Assembly (NCBI GenBank): GCA_016282135.1
Contig: JAEEKA010000117.1
Location: forward strand, 1,611 to 65,610
Origin: Oscillospiraceae bacterium
Lineage (GTDB): Bacteria; Bacillota; Clostridia; Oscillospirales; Oscillospiraceae
Direction of reading: 5' to 3'
DNA: 64,000 nt
The translations under genes were made by a program, and so were the position numbers. A model generated the notes under the pieces. It saw only the letters and a list, made by a program, of their open reading frames with translations. It did no database searches and was not told where the DNA came from. Of this stretch, positions 9,698 through 17,987 are shown piece after piece; position 1 is the stretch's first letter; every line of letters begins with the position of its first letter.

Positions 9698-9726
9698 ATC
9701 TTAGCACAGCCCCGGCCGGGAAGCAA
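9698..9726 (-). promoter_or_regulatory. Promoter of SLH paralog A (extended -10)
   Basis: On the minus strand: TTGCTT, a 17-nt spacer, then TGcTAAGAT. It lies inside a 28-nt block conserved with the paralog B upstream region. Confidence 0.5.
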
Positions 9727-9768
9727 GCAAAGTCGTTCCAAATGATTCGAGGGGAATCGGGTGGGAAA

Positions 9769-9807
9769 CAAAAAAAGGGTGCTTTTCCCGCCGGGAAAAG
9801 CACCCTT
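9769..9807 (-). terminator. Rho-independent terminator of the MBOAT-DHHW operon
   Basis: On the minus strand: AAGGGTGCTTTTCCC-GGC-GGGAAAAGCACCCTT followed by TTTTTTTG. Confidence 0.8.
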
Positions 9808-9832
9808 CGACACAATGCGGTTACTTAAAGAA

Positions 9833-11317
9833 TTATTTCATGATATCCTGCAGCTTGCTGGAGCCGATGAAGCTAATGTTTTGGCATAGGATCACGTCCT
9901 GAATCCCCTCCCGCTCCACCAAAGCGGAGATAGTGGGCGTGTAGCCCATCTGATTACACCACTTTGCGTAGTAGCGGAAGTCGACCCAGTAGACGTGCTC
10001 GTAGTGGTCGATCAGGAAGGGAATGAAGGCGTTGGCGTAGGAGTCTTTTATCACCAGTACCGAGGAGCCGTCGGTGATCTCCTCGTTGTGAGCGTGGGCG
10101 TAGGGGGGATCGCCGCCTGCAAAGGTGCCGTACAATTCACTGCGCGGATAACTGGAGACGTCGTTGACGATCCGCCAACTGTATTCGTTGTAGTGATCGC
10201 TGTTGTATTTCGTGTAGAAAGTCATCGAATTGGTGCCGTTTGGCACGTAGGCGTACACGGTGTCCGGGTTTTTGGCCATGGAGGGGTCTTTGCCGGATTT
10301 GGAATAAAAAGTTCCCAGGAAGCCTTCAAAGGTGTAGGTTTTTTCAAAGAAGTCCAACTCGTGGGGCGTGATACCCTTGACTTTGCACCATTCCCGGTAG
10401 GCGTAGTAGGCGCCCAAGGCCGTCCAGTGGTGGTCGGTGCGGAAGAAGATATACTCGTCGTTGTGAGCCTTCAGGGTGTTGACCATGGAGACGGTCTTTA
10501 CCGAGGCATCCATGTTCTGATAGATCCATTCCGCTGCCTTGGCTTCGTCGGAGCAGCCGATTTTATTTCGTGTTTCCTCTGAGAGCATCACGCCTGCGGA
10601 GATGGGGCACAGCATGCAGTAGAGTTGGGCCTTGCCCTCCAGATTCTTGGCAAGCTGATTTGTTTTCCGGCAGTAATCTTCAGAGTCGGACTGGTTAAAA
10701 TAGTAAACGCCGTAGCCCGCACCGTTCAGAAGATAAATGTCATCTACCTGAGTCGCGTCTCCGTCCACATCCGCAGCGCCGTGGCCGCTGTATTCCGTTG
10801 TCTCGGGGGTGGCGGGCTCAGTGGTGACGGGGGTGCTGCCGTTGTCTGTGTGGACCGGCTGGCTGGGGTTGGTGCTCGCGGGGGGCTCGCTCGCTTCCGT
10901 GGTGTCCTTCCCAGCTTGGGCCGCCAGGGCTTCCAGGTCCACGGTGCCGGTGGGAATCTCGTCGGCGGTGCCGCCATTGACGAGCCGCTCGCTGCGATCA
11001 CCATAGTGGCTTTGCAGCTTGGTGTTCAAATCAATCAGCTGCTCCCGGAAGGGGTAGGTATCGGCATACCAGGTGGACAGGCCCCTCGGGTGCAGTGGAT
11101 CGGATTCATCGTTGAAGAAGGTTCCGTCCATGAGACCTTCCAGTGTCAGCTTGGGAAATTCCGTCAGATTTCGCTTTTCGAGCTGGGAGTCTGTGGGGCG
11201 GAAGAACCAGAGCAGACCGATCAGGCAGCCGATGGCCAGTAAACCGAAGAATAAGAGCTGCTTGATCTGAATGGTGAGAAAACGGGATTCCTGGTATTCT
11301 TGTTTGGTCGGTTTCAT
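9833..11317 (-). CDS. DHHW-family protein (AlgJ/AlgX-like extracytoplasmic acyltransferase partner of MBOAT)
   Basis: Contains the family-defining FFRTDHHWT motif. N-terminal TM anchor, and a Thr/Pro/Glu-rich linker. RBS AAAGGAG overlaps the end of the upstream MBOAT gene. Confidence 0.85.
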   Translation of the reverse strand: MKPTKQEYQESRFLTIQIKQLLFFGLLAIGCLIGLLWFFRPTDSQLEKRNLTEFPKLTLEGLMDGTFFNDESDPLHPRGLSTWYADTYPFREQLIDLNTKLQSHYGDRSERLVNGGTADEIPTGTVDLEALAAQAGKDTTEASEPPASTNPSQPVHTDNGSTPVTTEPATPETTEYSGHGAADVDGDATQVDDIYLLNGAGYGVYYFNQSDSEDYCRKTNQLAKNLEGKAQLYCMLCPISAGVMLSEETRNKIGCSDEAKAAEWIYQNMDASVKTVSMVNTLKAHNDEYIFFRTDHHWTALGAYYAYREWCKVKGITPHELDFFEKTYTFEGFLGTFYSKSGKDPSMAKNPDTVYAYVPNGTNSMTFYTKYNSDHYNEYSWRIVNDVSSYPRSELYGTFAGGDPPYAHAHNEEITDGSSVLVIKDSYANAFIPFLIDHYEHVYWVDFRYYAKWCNQMGYTPTISALVEREGIQDVILCQNISFIGSSKLQDIMK

Positions 11318-11330
11318 AGCGGCTCCTTTC

Positions 11331-12770
11331 TCAGAACTGGAAGTACAGGAAGGGGTTGAAGCTGTTTCCCGCCAGAGCCATGGTGGACAGGAACAGCAGA
11401 AGTACCGGCAGGGCGGCGTCCAGTACGTTGTAGACGTGGAGCCAAACCAGGTTCTGACGGCTTAGGTTTTTCAGCATACTGCCAATGTGCTTGCTGATGG
11501 GCGTCACCGCAAAAATGCAGAAGATCAGGAAGTAGGCGTTGTTCGCAAAGACGGTGCTGTTGCCGGTGAGGGGGTTGCCGTTCAGACCGAACAGACCCTT
11601 GAGGGCGGCCCAGAGCTGCCCGATATCTTCAAACTTGAAGATGACCCAGCCGAACATCACAATCAGCATGGTAATCATGTGACGGAGGGGCTTGGCGATC
11701 CGCCCGGTGTCCACCTTGTATTTCTCAATCACCAGGAAGACGAAGTAGTACAGACCCCAGAGAATGTAATTCCAACTGGCGCCGTGCCACATGCCGGTGA
11801 GGCCCCAGACCACCAGAAGGTTGAGAATATGACGGCTCTTGGAGCAGCGGTTGCCTCCCAGGGGAATATAGACGTAGTCCCGGAAAAAGGTGGACAGGGA
11901 GATATGCCAGCGCCGCCAGAAATCCGTGACGGAATCCGCTGTGTAGGGATAATTGAAGTTTTCCTTGTAGTGGAAGCCGCACATCAGGCCCATGCCGATG
12001 GCCATGTCCGAATAGGCGGAGAAGTCCAGATAGATTTGCAGGGTAAAAGCGATCATCACCAGCCACATACCGATCACGGAGGTCCCCTCCACAAGCGCTG
12101 TGGTGAGGGGGTCGCCTTTGCCGAGGCCCAGCGCGCCGTTTACGACGGCGGCGCAGCCGTTGGCCAGAATGGCTTTCTTGGCAAGGCCCACTGCAAAGCG
12201 GGTGATGCCCCGGCTCAGCTCCGCCATCTTGACCTTGCGGTGGAGGATGTCGTGGTTCACGTCCCGGTAGCGGACAATGGGACCGGCGATGCACTGGTGG
12301 AAGAGGCTGGCGTAGAGCAGCAGCAGCCAGTATTTCTCCTGAACCTCCGCGTCGCCCCGGTACACGTCAATGACGTAGGACAGCAGCTGGAAGGAGTAGA
12401 AGCTGATGCCGATAGGCAGGATAATATTTGGAATCACTTCCGGCACCCCAAACAGGGTCTGGAAGTTCCGCAGGAAGAAGCCGGTGTACTTGAAGATTCC
12501 CAGGACCAGCAGCACTACCGCCACACAGCCAATGAGGATGTTTTTCTTCTCCCGTTGAATTTTGCGGCGGGAAATCAGCAGGGCACCGTACCAGCAGACA
12601 AAGGTCAGTCCCAGCATAATCGCAAGACAGCCAAGGCCCGCGCAGGAATAGAAGACCAGGGAGAAGGCGAGCATCACGATATTCTTTTTGCGGATATCAG
12701 GCATCAGGGCCTGGGCAATGTAATTGGCGATGAAAAAAACAAACAGGAAAAACAGACTGGAAAAAACCAA
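11331..12770 (-). CDS. MBOAT-family membrane O-acyltransferase (AlgI/DltB/PatA-like)
   Basis: 479 aa and polytopic. Conserved FWRRWHISLSTFFRDYVYIPLGGNR block with the catalytic His. TTG start with RBS AGGAGG 7 nt upstream. Confidence 0.9.
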   Translation of the reverse strand: MVFSSLFFLFVFFIANYIAQALMPDIRKKNIVMLAFSLVFYSCAGLGCLAIMLGLTFVCWYGALLISRRKIQREKKNILIGCVAVVLLVLGIFKYTGFFLRNFQTLFGVPEVIPNIILPIGISFYSFQLLSYVIDVYRGDAEVQEKYWLLLLYASLFHQCIAGPIVRYRDVNHDILHRKVKMAELSRGITRFAVGLAKKAILANGCAAVVNGALGLGKGDPLTTALVEGTSVIGMWLVMIAFTLQIYLDFSAYSDMAIGMGLMCGFHYKENFNYPYTADSVTDFWRRWHISLSTFFRDYVYIPLGGNRCSKSRHILNLLVVWGLTGMWHGASWNYILWGLYYFVFLVIEKYKVDTGRIAKPLRHMITMLIVMFGWVIFKFEDIGQLWAALKGLFGLNGNPLTGNSTVFANNAYFLIFCIFAVTPISKHIGSMLKNLSRQNLVWLHVYNVLDAALPVLLLFLSTMALAGNSFNPFLYFQF

Positions 12771-12829
12771 GGCAAGGCCTCCTCTTGCGGAAATACGCGC
12801 ATTCCCGGAGATTTTTGCATACTTCTGCT

Positions 12830-12858
12830 ATTATATTACACAAGCTTCCGATTTGCAA
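12830..12858 (-). promoter_or_regulatory. Promoter of the MBOAT-DHHW operon
   Basis: On the minus strand: TTGCAA, a 17-nt spacer, then TATAAT. Confidence 0.55.
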
Positions 12859-12888
12859 CAAAAAACCGCCGAAATTCGGCGGTTTTTG
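12859..12888. terminator. Bidirectional-looking terminator after SLH paralog B
   Basis: aaaaaaCCGCCGAAattTCGGCGGttttt: a hairpin flanked by an A-run and a T-run. Confidence 0.75.
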
Positions 12889-12914
12889 TGAGGAGGAATG
12901 AAACGGGAGACGGA

Positions 12915-14294
12915 TCATACAAATCCGTTCATGAAGCTCATGAAATAGTGATACAGATAGGTCACCACGTAGGCGCGGTTGCAGAGCTGCATCGGGTTCA
13001 GCGTGGTTTCGGTGCCCTCGTTGCCCACCAGGATGCCGTCGTTATAAGCCCAGATCACTGCGTCGTAGAAGAACTTGCCCTTGGTTACGTCGGAGAAGGG
13101 ATTCTCATTGTTCAGGGACTGGGGGCGTCCTGCAAAGGCCCAGAGGAAGGTGAGCATTTCAGCCGTGGTGACGGGGGCATTGGGAGAATAGGTAGTGCCG
13201 TCGCCGGTACCGGCGGTGTAGCCGTTCTCTACGGCCCACAGCACGGAGTCGCGGAACCAGTCCTTTTTCTTGACGTCCCGGAAGGGATTCTCCTCGGAAA
13301 GGGGTTCCGGGTGTCCCGCGGCGGCCCAGAGGAAGGTCATGGCCTGGGCGCGGGTCAGGGTTCCGTCAGGGGAAAAGGTGGTGGCGGAGGTGCCGGCGGT
13401 GATTTGCGGGGTGCTGGTGTAGGCCCAGATAATCGCGTCATAGGCCCAGTGATCCGGGTCGGGCAGATCGGTGAAGGGAATCTCCGGCTCCGTCGGATCG
13501 GCGGGATCGGTGGGCTCCGTGGGCTCCGGGGGGTTTACCTCCGGCCCGGAGGGGAGGCCCAGGGTCTCGGTCAGGTACTTGTAGACCTTCGTGCGGTAAT
13601 TCAGGGTGCTGACATTTGCCAGCACAGCGCCCTGGTGGAACTGGTCCAGAGAGAGGATCAGATCGTTTTCGCTGAGACCGAGGGCGTTCCGAACGGCACT
13701 CATGAAAGACTTCACGTTGCCCTCGCCGTAGTGATTTTCGGCGGAGCAGTAGTAGATCAGGGCGGCTTCGGTGCGTACGCCCGCGTTCCAGCCGTGCTGG
13801 GCCTGGGTCAGGATGTAGCATTTTGCCAGGGCGCGCTGCCCGCGGATGCCTACCTCGGAGCCCAGCAGGGTCTTTGCGGCAGCCAGCTCAGCGGAGGAGA
13901 AGCTGCGGTATCTCCAGTAGTTCCATTTCGGCATCAGCGTGTCAGGGACTGCCACGGGCGCGTTGACCACTTCGCTGTACAGCTCGTCGCCCAGAACAGA
14001 TCTGCAATATTCGGGATCGCCGCCCTTTTCGGGGCTGGCGCACCATTTCAGAAGCTGCAGGGCGGAGGAGCCGATCCAGCCCATGATGCCCATACCCACG
14101 CAGCCTGCGCTGGTGTTGACGACGCTGTCATACTTATCTCCGGCCTCCAGGCGCATGAACATGCTGGTAGCGTGTTCGACAAGCTGGTCCAGATCGACGC
14201 TGTTCTGCAGCGTCGCTTCTTCCGCACCGACCGTGGGCACAAGGCTCGCAAACAGGCAGAGCACAAGCAGAACGGCGATGAATTGTTTTCTCAT
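12915..14294 (-). CDS. Secreted SLH-anchored protein with a lysozyme-like N-domain (tentative), paralog B
   Basis: Signal peptide MRKQFIAVLLVLCLFASLVPTVGA. The N-domain is colinear with paralog A (LEAGDKYDSV...GMGIMGW...YYCSAENHYGEGN). A PEPTEPTDPADPTEPE linker, then three SLH. Confidence 0.75.
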   Translation of the reverse strand: MRKQFIAVLLVLCLFASLVPTVGAEEATLQNSVDLDQLVEHATSMFMRLEAGDKYDSVVNTSAGCVGMGIMGWIGSSALQLLKWCASPEKGGDPEYCRSVLGDELYSEVVNAPVAVPDTLMPKWNYWRYRSFSSAELAAAKTLLGSEVGIRGQRALAKCYILTQAQHGWNAGVRTEAALIYYCSAENHYGEGNVKSFMSAVRNALGLSENDLILSLDQFHQGAVLANVSTLNYRTKVYKYLTETLGLPSGPEVNPPEPTEPTDPADPTEPEIPFTDLPDPDHWAYDAIIWAYTSTPQITAGTSATTFSPDGTLTRAQAMTFLWAAAGHPEPLSEENPFRDVKKKDWFRDSVLWAVENGYTAGTGDGTTYSPNAPVTTAEMLTFLWAFAGRPQSLNNENPFSDVTKGKFFYDAVIWAYNDGILVGNEGTETTLNPMQLCNRAYVVTYLYHYFMSFMNGFV

Positions 14295-14367
14295 AAGTTC
14301 CTCACTTTCTGATTTTGAGCAATCAGGGTAGAGACCGAAATGACGAATTTGGTATCATTTCGTAACT

Positions 14368-14396
14368 ATTTTAGCACATTTGTTTTCTCTTTGCAA
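14368..14396 (-). promoter_or_regulatory. Promoter of SLH paralog B (extended -10)
   Basis: On the minus strand: TTGCAA, a 17-nt spacer, then TGcTAAAAT. It overlaps the 28-nt block conserved with paralog A. Confidence 0.55.
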
Positions 14397-14665
14397 GCAT
14401 TTTTTTGGAGATAAATTATAAAACTCCTGATTTTACAAAGAAAAATCGGGATTTATCGCGGTTTTTTCGCGAAAACCAAAAAGTTACAAAATGTAATGTC
14501 TGTGAATTATACACAATATATAGTGTCAAATCACCATAAAAATAGTATATATTCCATGTACACGTTCTTGGCGCGGAAATGGCGGGATTTGGAGCGACTG
14601 CCGGAATATTTTTCTAAAAAATGTGCAAAATGCCACTGAGAAAGCTGTAAAACGGAGGATTTTTC

Positions 14666-15160
14666 ATGAAAAAGCTGCTGTTTGTCCTGCTTGCGGCGGC
14701 GGTGCTCGGGACTTTGGGGCTGCTGCCCTTCCGGGCTGTGGACGCCGCGAAGCTGCTGCCTGTGAAGACGATAATCGTGACAAAGTCGGGAGAGGAATAT
14801 ACCGTGGACATCGGCGCGGGGGTGCGGGCTGTGGGGCGGAGCCTGCGGGAGGCCCTGGACCGGCTCCGGGAGGAGGTCACGGGCGAGGTGTTCCTGCCCA
14901 CTGCGGAACAGGTGGTAATCACGGAGCCGGGAGACGAGGCTGTGGAGGCGGTGGCGGAGGAGACCGAATTTCGTCCGGCGGCGGGAATTTACCGAACCCC
15001 GGAGCCCTTTCCGGACGCAAAGGCCCTGGGCGCTTACCTGGAGTCCCACCCTTCCAACGTGACGATTCTGGACGTGCGGGCTGCCCTGGCTCTGGGGCAG
15101 AGGCCGAGGGTTCCGGTGATCCGTGCCGCGGACGGCGGCTTCCGAGTGGATGATGAATAG
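14666..15160 (+). CDS. Small secreted/membrane-anchored hypothetical protein (faint GerxC-N-terminal-like pattern)
   Basis: RBS GGAGG 10 nt upstream. N-terminal hydrophobic segment MKKLLFVLLAAAVLGTLGLL. No confident family assignment. Confidence 0.55.
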   Translation: MKKLLFVLLAAAVLGTLGLLPFRAVDAAKLLPVKTIIVTKSGEEYTVDIGAGVRAVGRSLREALDRLREEVTGEVFLPTAEQVVITEPGDEAVEAVAEETEFRPAAGIYRTPEPFPDAKALGAYLESHPSNVTILDVRAALALGQRPRVPVIRAADGGFRVDDE

Positions 15161-15971
15161 CTGCAGGGACAGGATCTCCGCCCGGCAGCTGGGGGCCCTG
15201 GCTTTGAGCTCCAGCGGGGTGCCGGTGTTTCGGTTTTGCTGCCGGATCCCCTGGCTTTGGACCTTGCTGGGAGCGGGAGCCGCCGCGCTGACCCTGTCCG
15301 GCCTGACCCTGCTGCTGAACCGGAGAGGAGGGCGCAGGCTGAGGCCTTGCCGCCTTTGGGCGCTGACGCCCATCCTGACGGTGGGCGGAGCGGCCACGGC
15401 CTGGGTGGGCAGCTTTGCCTTCCCGGAGACGGCGGGCAATTGGCTGGCAGCCCTGCTGCTCTTTGGATTGGCTGCTGCGGCGGCGCGGATCGGTCCCGCT
15501 GCCGCAGGCCGCTGCGCGGGGATCCTGCTCTGGACCACCGGGGTGCTCTATGGGATCGTTTTGTTGTTCAGCCTCCCCCAGGTTCATCCGGCATGGCTGC
15601 TGCCCCGGAGCGGTTCCCCGGCGGACGCGGCAAAGGTCTGGGCCGCCATGCTGATCCCCGGGGGGGCCCTTTGTCTCACGGACGCCCTGGGAGAGGACCA
15701 GAAGCTGCCCCATTGGCCTTGGTGGGCCGCGGCGTTGACTGCCGCGGCGGCCTCGGCGGTCACAGGCGGAATCCTTTCGCCTGCTCTGGCGGGGGAGCGG
15801 GAGGCCTTTCGCACCCTGGCCAGGGGCGTCTCCGTTCTGGGCGTCATGCGCCGGTTCGAAGCCCTGGTCAACGGGGCGATGCTGATGAGCGCCTTTTGCC
15901 TCAGCGCCATGCTTCTGACGGCGGCCTGGAAAAACCGGAAAAGAGACTGTAAGCAAGGCAGTATTCAATAA
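15150..15971 (+). CDS. Polytopic membrane protein (faint GerAB-like features), translationally coupled to the upstream gene
   Basis: ATGATG at 15150 overlaps the upstream stop. N-terminal ...ISARQLGALAL... and a C-terminal ...RRFEALVNG... segment recall spore-germination GerAB permeases, but the protein is shorter. Very GC-rich. Confidence 0.5.
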   Translation: MMNSCRDRISARQLGALALSSSGVPVFRFCCRIPWLWTLLGAGAAALTLSGLTLLLNRRGGRRLRPCRLWALTPILTVGGAATAWVGSFAFPETAGNWLAALLLFGLAAAAARIGPAAAGRCAGILLWTTGVLYGIVLLFSLPQVHPAWLLPRSGSPADAAKVWAAMLIPGGALCLTDALGEDQKLPHWPWWAAALTAAAASAVTGGILSPALAGEREAFRTLARGVSVLGVMRRFEALVNGAMLMSAFCLSAMLLTAAWKNRKRDCKQGSIQ

Positions 15972-16010
15972 TAATTGTACAGAAAAGACAAATTGCAGCG
16001 GATACCGGGC

Positions 16011-16039
16011 TTGACTTTTTGGCTGTTCCGCGATACAAT
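16011..16039 (+). promoter_or_regulatory. Promoter of the TPP riboswitch-thiT unit
   Basis: TTGACT, a 17-nt spacer, then TACAAT. Confidence 0.6.
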
Positions 16040-16044
16040 AAAAA

Positions 16045-16143
16045 CACTCTTCGGGGAGCCGGACCCATCCGGCTGAGACTGAGCGAAAACGGCGCTCTCA
16101 CCCGTGAACCTGATACGGATCATGCCGTCGTAGGAAAAGGGTG
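16045..16143 (+). promoter_or_regulatory. TPP (THI-box) riboswitch aptamer
   Basis: Contains the conserved GGGGAGCC...GGCTGAGA...ACCCGTGAACCTGATACGGATCATGCCGTCGTAGGAA core. The P1 helix pairs cactctt with aagggtg. The downstream gene is a thiamine transporter. Confidence 0.85.
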
Positions 16144-16159
16144 CTTCTCCTCTGATTTG

Positions 16160-16186
16160 CCGACGGCTGGGTCCGTCGGTATTTTT
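16160..16186 (+). terminator. Riboswitch expression-platform terminator
   Basis: CCGACGG-ctgggt-CCGTCGG followed by TATTTTT, immediately before the thiT RBS. Confidence 0.75.
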
Positions 16187-16203
16187 CAAAGGAGGTACTT
16201 ATC

Positions 16204-16767
16204 GTGAAAACCCAAAACAGAAGCACCATTCGAACCATGGTGGAGGGCGGCGTCTGCATCGCCCTGTGCATTGCCCTGAGCTATCTCAAAATTCCCATTG
16301 GCCTGGAATTTGGCGGCTTTGGCGGCTCCATTGACCTGGTGATGATCCCGCTGATTATTTTCGCCATGCGCTCCAACGCGCTTTGGGGACTGGGAGCCGG
16401 CCTGGTTTTTGGCACCCTCAAGTTCATCTTTGCCAACGGCGCGGCCATTGACTGGGTCTCTATCATCTTTGACTATTCCGTAGCCTATTCCATGGTTGGC
16501 CTTGCCGGTCTGTTCCATAAGCGCTCCAAGCTGGTGCCCCTGGCCGCTCTGGTTGGCTGCCTGGGCCGCTTCGCGATCCACTTCATCAGCGGCGTGACGG
16601 TTTACGCCAAGTATCTGCCCGATTCGTTCATGGGCGTTGAAAAGCCCTCCGTGGCGCTGTATTCTCTGCTGTACAACGGCACCTATATGCTGCCCAACAC
16701 CGTTCTGGCCGTGGTGGTCTGCGCCGCGCTTCTGGCGGTCCCTGGCATTTACAAGAAGTCGGAGTGA
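16204..16767 (+). CDS. thiT: Thiamine ECF-transporter S component ThiT
   Basis: 187 aa, 6-TM small membrane protein directly behind a TPP riboswitch. GTG start with RBS AAAGGAGG. Confidence 0.8.
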   Translation: MKTQNRSTIRTMVEGGVCIALCIALSYLKIPIGLEFGGFGGSIDLVMIPLIIFAMRSNALWGLGAGLVFGTLKFIFANGAAIDWVSIIFDYSVAYSMVGLAGLFHKRSKLVPLAALVGCLGRFAIHFISGVTVYAKYLPDSFMGVEKPSVALYSLLYNGTYMLPNTVLAVVVCAALLAVPGIYKKSE

Positions 16768-16802
16768 AACGAGCTCCGGTCTGAGGAAACAGGAGGAGTT
16801 CA

Positions 16803-17867
16803 ATGTTTAAGCCTGTCCGCCATCTGATTGGCACCGCGGTTCTGGCGGTACTGACTGCCGTTGCGGTTCTTCTGGCCAAGCTCTTGCCGGAGTTCTGGTT
16901 TTCCTTCTATACCGACTTTTCCCGGGGCGCCATCGGATTCCTGGATACGGTCTGGGGCTGGTGCCCCTTCCCGGTCTGGGAGATCCTGCTGGTGCTGCTG
17001 TTGGTTGTGGCGGTGGTTATCGGCCTGATTGCGGCCATCCGCAAGAAGCGGGTCCTGGGCTGGCTCACGGCGCTGCTGGAGCTGGTGATGTTGCTGGTCT
17101 TCCTGTTCGTGGGCCTTTGGGGGCTGAACCACTTTGCCCCTACTATCGGCGAACAGACGGGGCTGGAGGTGGGAGAATACACCACCGCCCAGCTCAAGGC
17201 CGCAGCGATCTACTATGCCGACATGGCCAGCGTCTATTCCACCACGGTGGATCGGGATGAAAACGGCGACGTGATCATTCCGGAAATTTCCGCCCTGTCT
17301 GAGGAGGCGGTTTCCGCCTATAAGCGGCTGGCGGAGTACAACGACCGCTTTGCGCTTTCCATTTCCGGGGCAAAGCCTCTGCTGTCCAGCAAGGCCTTTG
17401 CCTATATGGGGACCACCGGAATTTTCATCTGCTTCACCGGGGAGGCCTGCGTCTCCACGGAGACCTTCGGACTGTCTCAGCCCTTTACGCTCTCCCATGA
17501 GCTGGGCCACAGTCTGGCGGTTGCCCGGGAGGACGAGGCCAACTATCTGGCCTTCCTGGCCTGCCGGGCCTCCGAGCGCGAGCTGTTCCGTTACTCGGGG
17601 TATTACAGCGCGTTTATCTACTGTTATAACGCGCTCTATGCCGAAAGCCCCTCCACGGCCAGAAGCCTTTGGGACCGGTGCTCGGAGCAGGTCATCCATG
17701 ACAGCAACGTCCACGTGGAGCACAACAAGCAGTATGAGGGCACGGTCCAGAAGGCCGCCCGGGCGGTGAACGACGCCTATCTGAAGACCTTCAGCGAGCC
17801 CGGTGTCAAGTCCTACGGTTTGGTGGTGGACTACCTGATTGCGGAATACCTCAACAACGGACAGTAA
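16803..17867 (+). CDS. DUF3810-family membrane-associated putative zinc metallopeptidase
   Basis: N-terminal TM segments plus SHELGHSLAVAREDEANYLAFLAC, the HExxH...EDEAN signature typical of DUF3810. Confidence 0.75.
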   Translation: MFKPVRHLIGTAVLAVLTAVAVLLAKLLPEFWFSFYTDFSRGAIGFLDTVWGWCPFPVWEILLVLLLVVAVVIGLIAAIRKKRVLGWLTALLELVMLLVFLFVGLWGLNHFAPTIGEQTGLEVGEYTTAQLKAAAIYYADMASVYSTTVDRDENGDVIIPEISALSEEAVSAYKRLAEYNDRFALSISGAKPLLSSKAFAYMGTTGIFICFTGEACVSTETFGLSQPFTLSHELGHSLAVAREDEANYLAFLACRASERELFRYSGYYSAFIYCYNALYAESPSTARSLWDRCSEQVIHDSNVHVEHNKQYEGTVQKAARAVNDAYLKTFSEPGVKSYGLVVDYLIAEYLNNGQ

Positions 17868-17987
17868 GGCCGCGTCGCAAAGGGAAGGCTCATGCCCGCA
17901 GAGCAGGGCGGGGCCTTCCGTTCTGCCGCCGGCGGAGATCTATTTTGAGCGGGGCAGCTGCCCGCTCGGAGCAAAGGAGGAACACCG

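Noticed and set aside
14531-15968. 335-aa and 349-aa minus-strand ORFs (Arg/Pro/Gly/Gln-rich)
   Set aside because: They are antisense to the coupled plus-strand pair. They have extreme Arg/Pro/Gly composition typical of out-of-frame GC-rich DNA, and no RBS.
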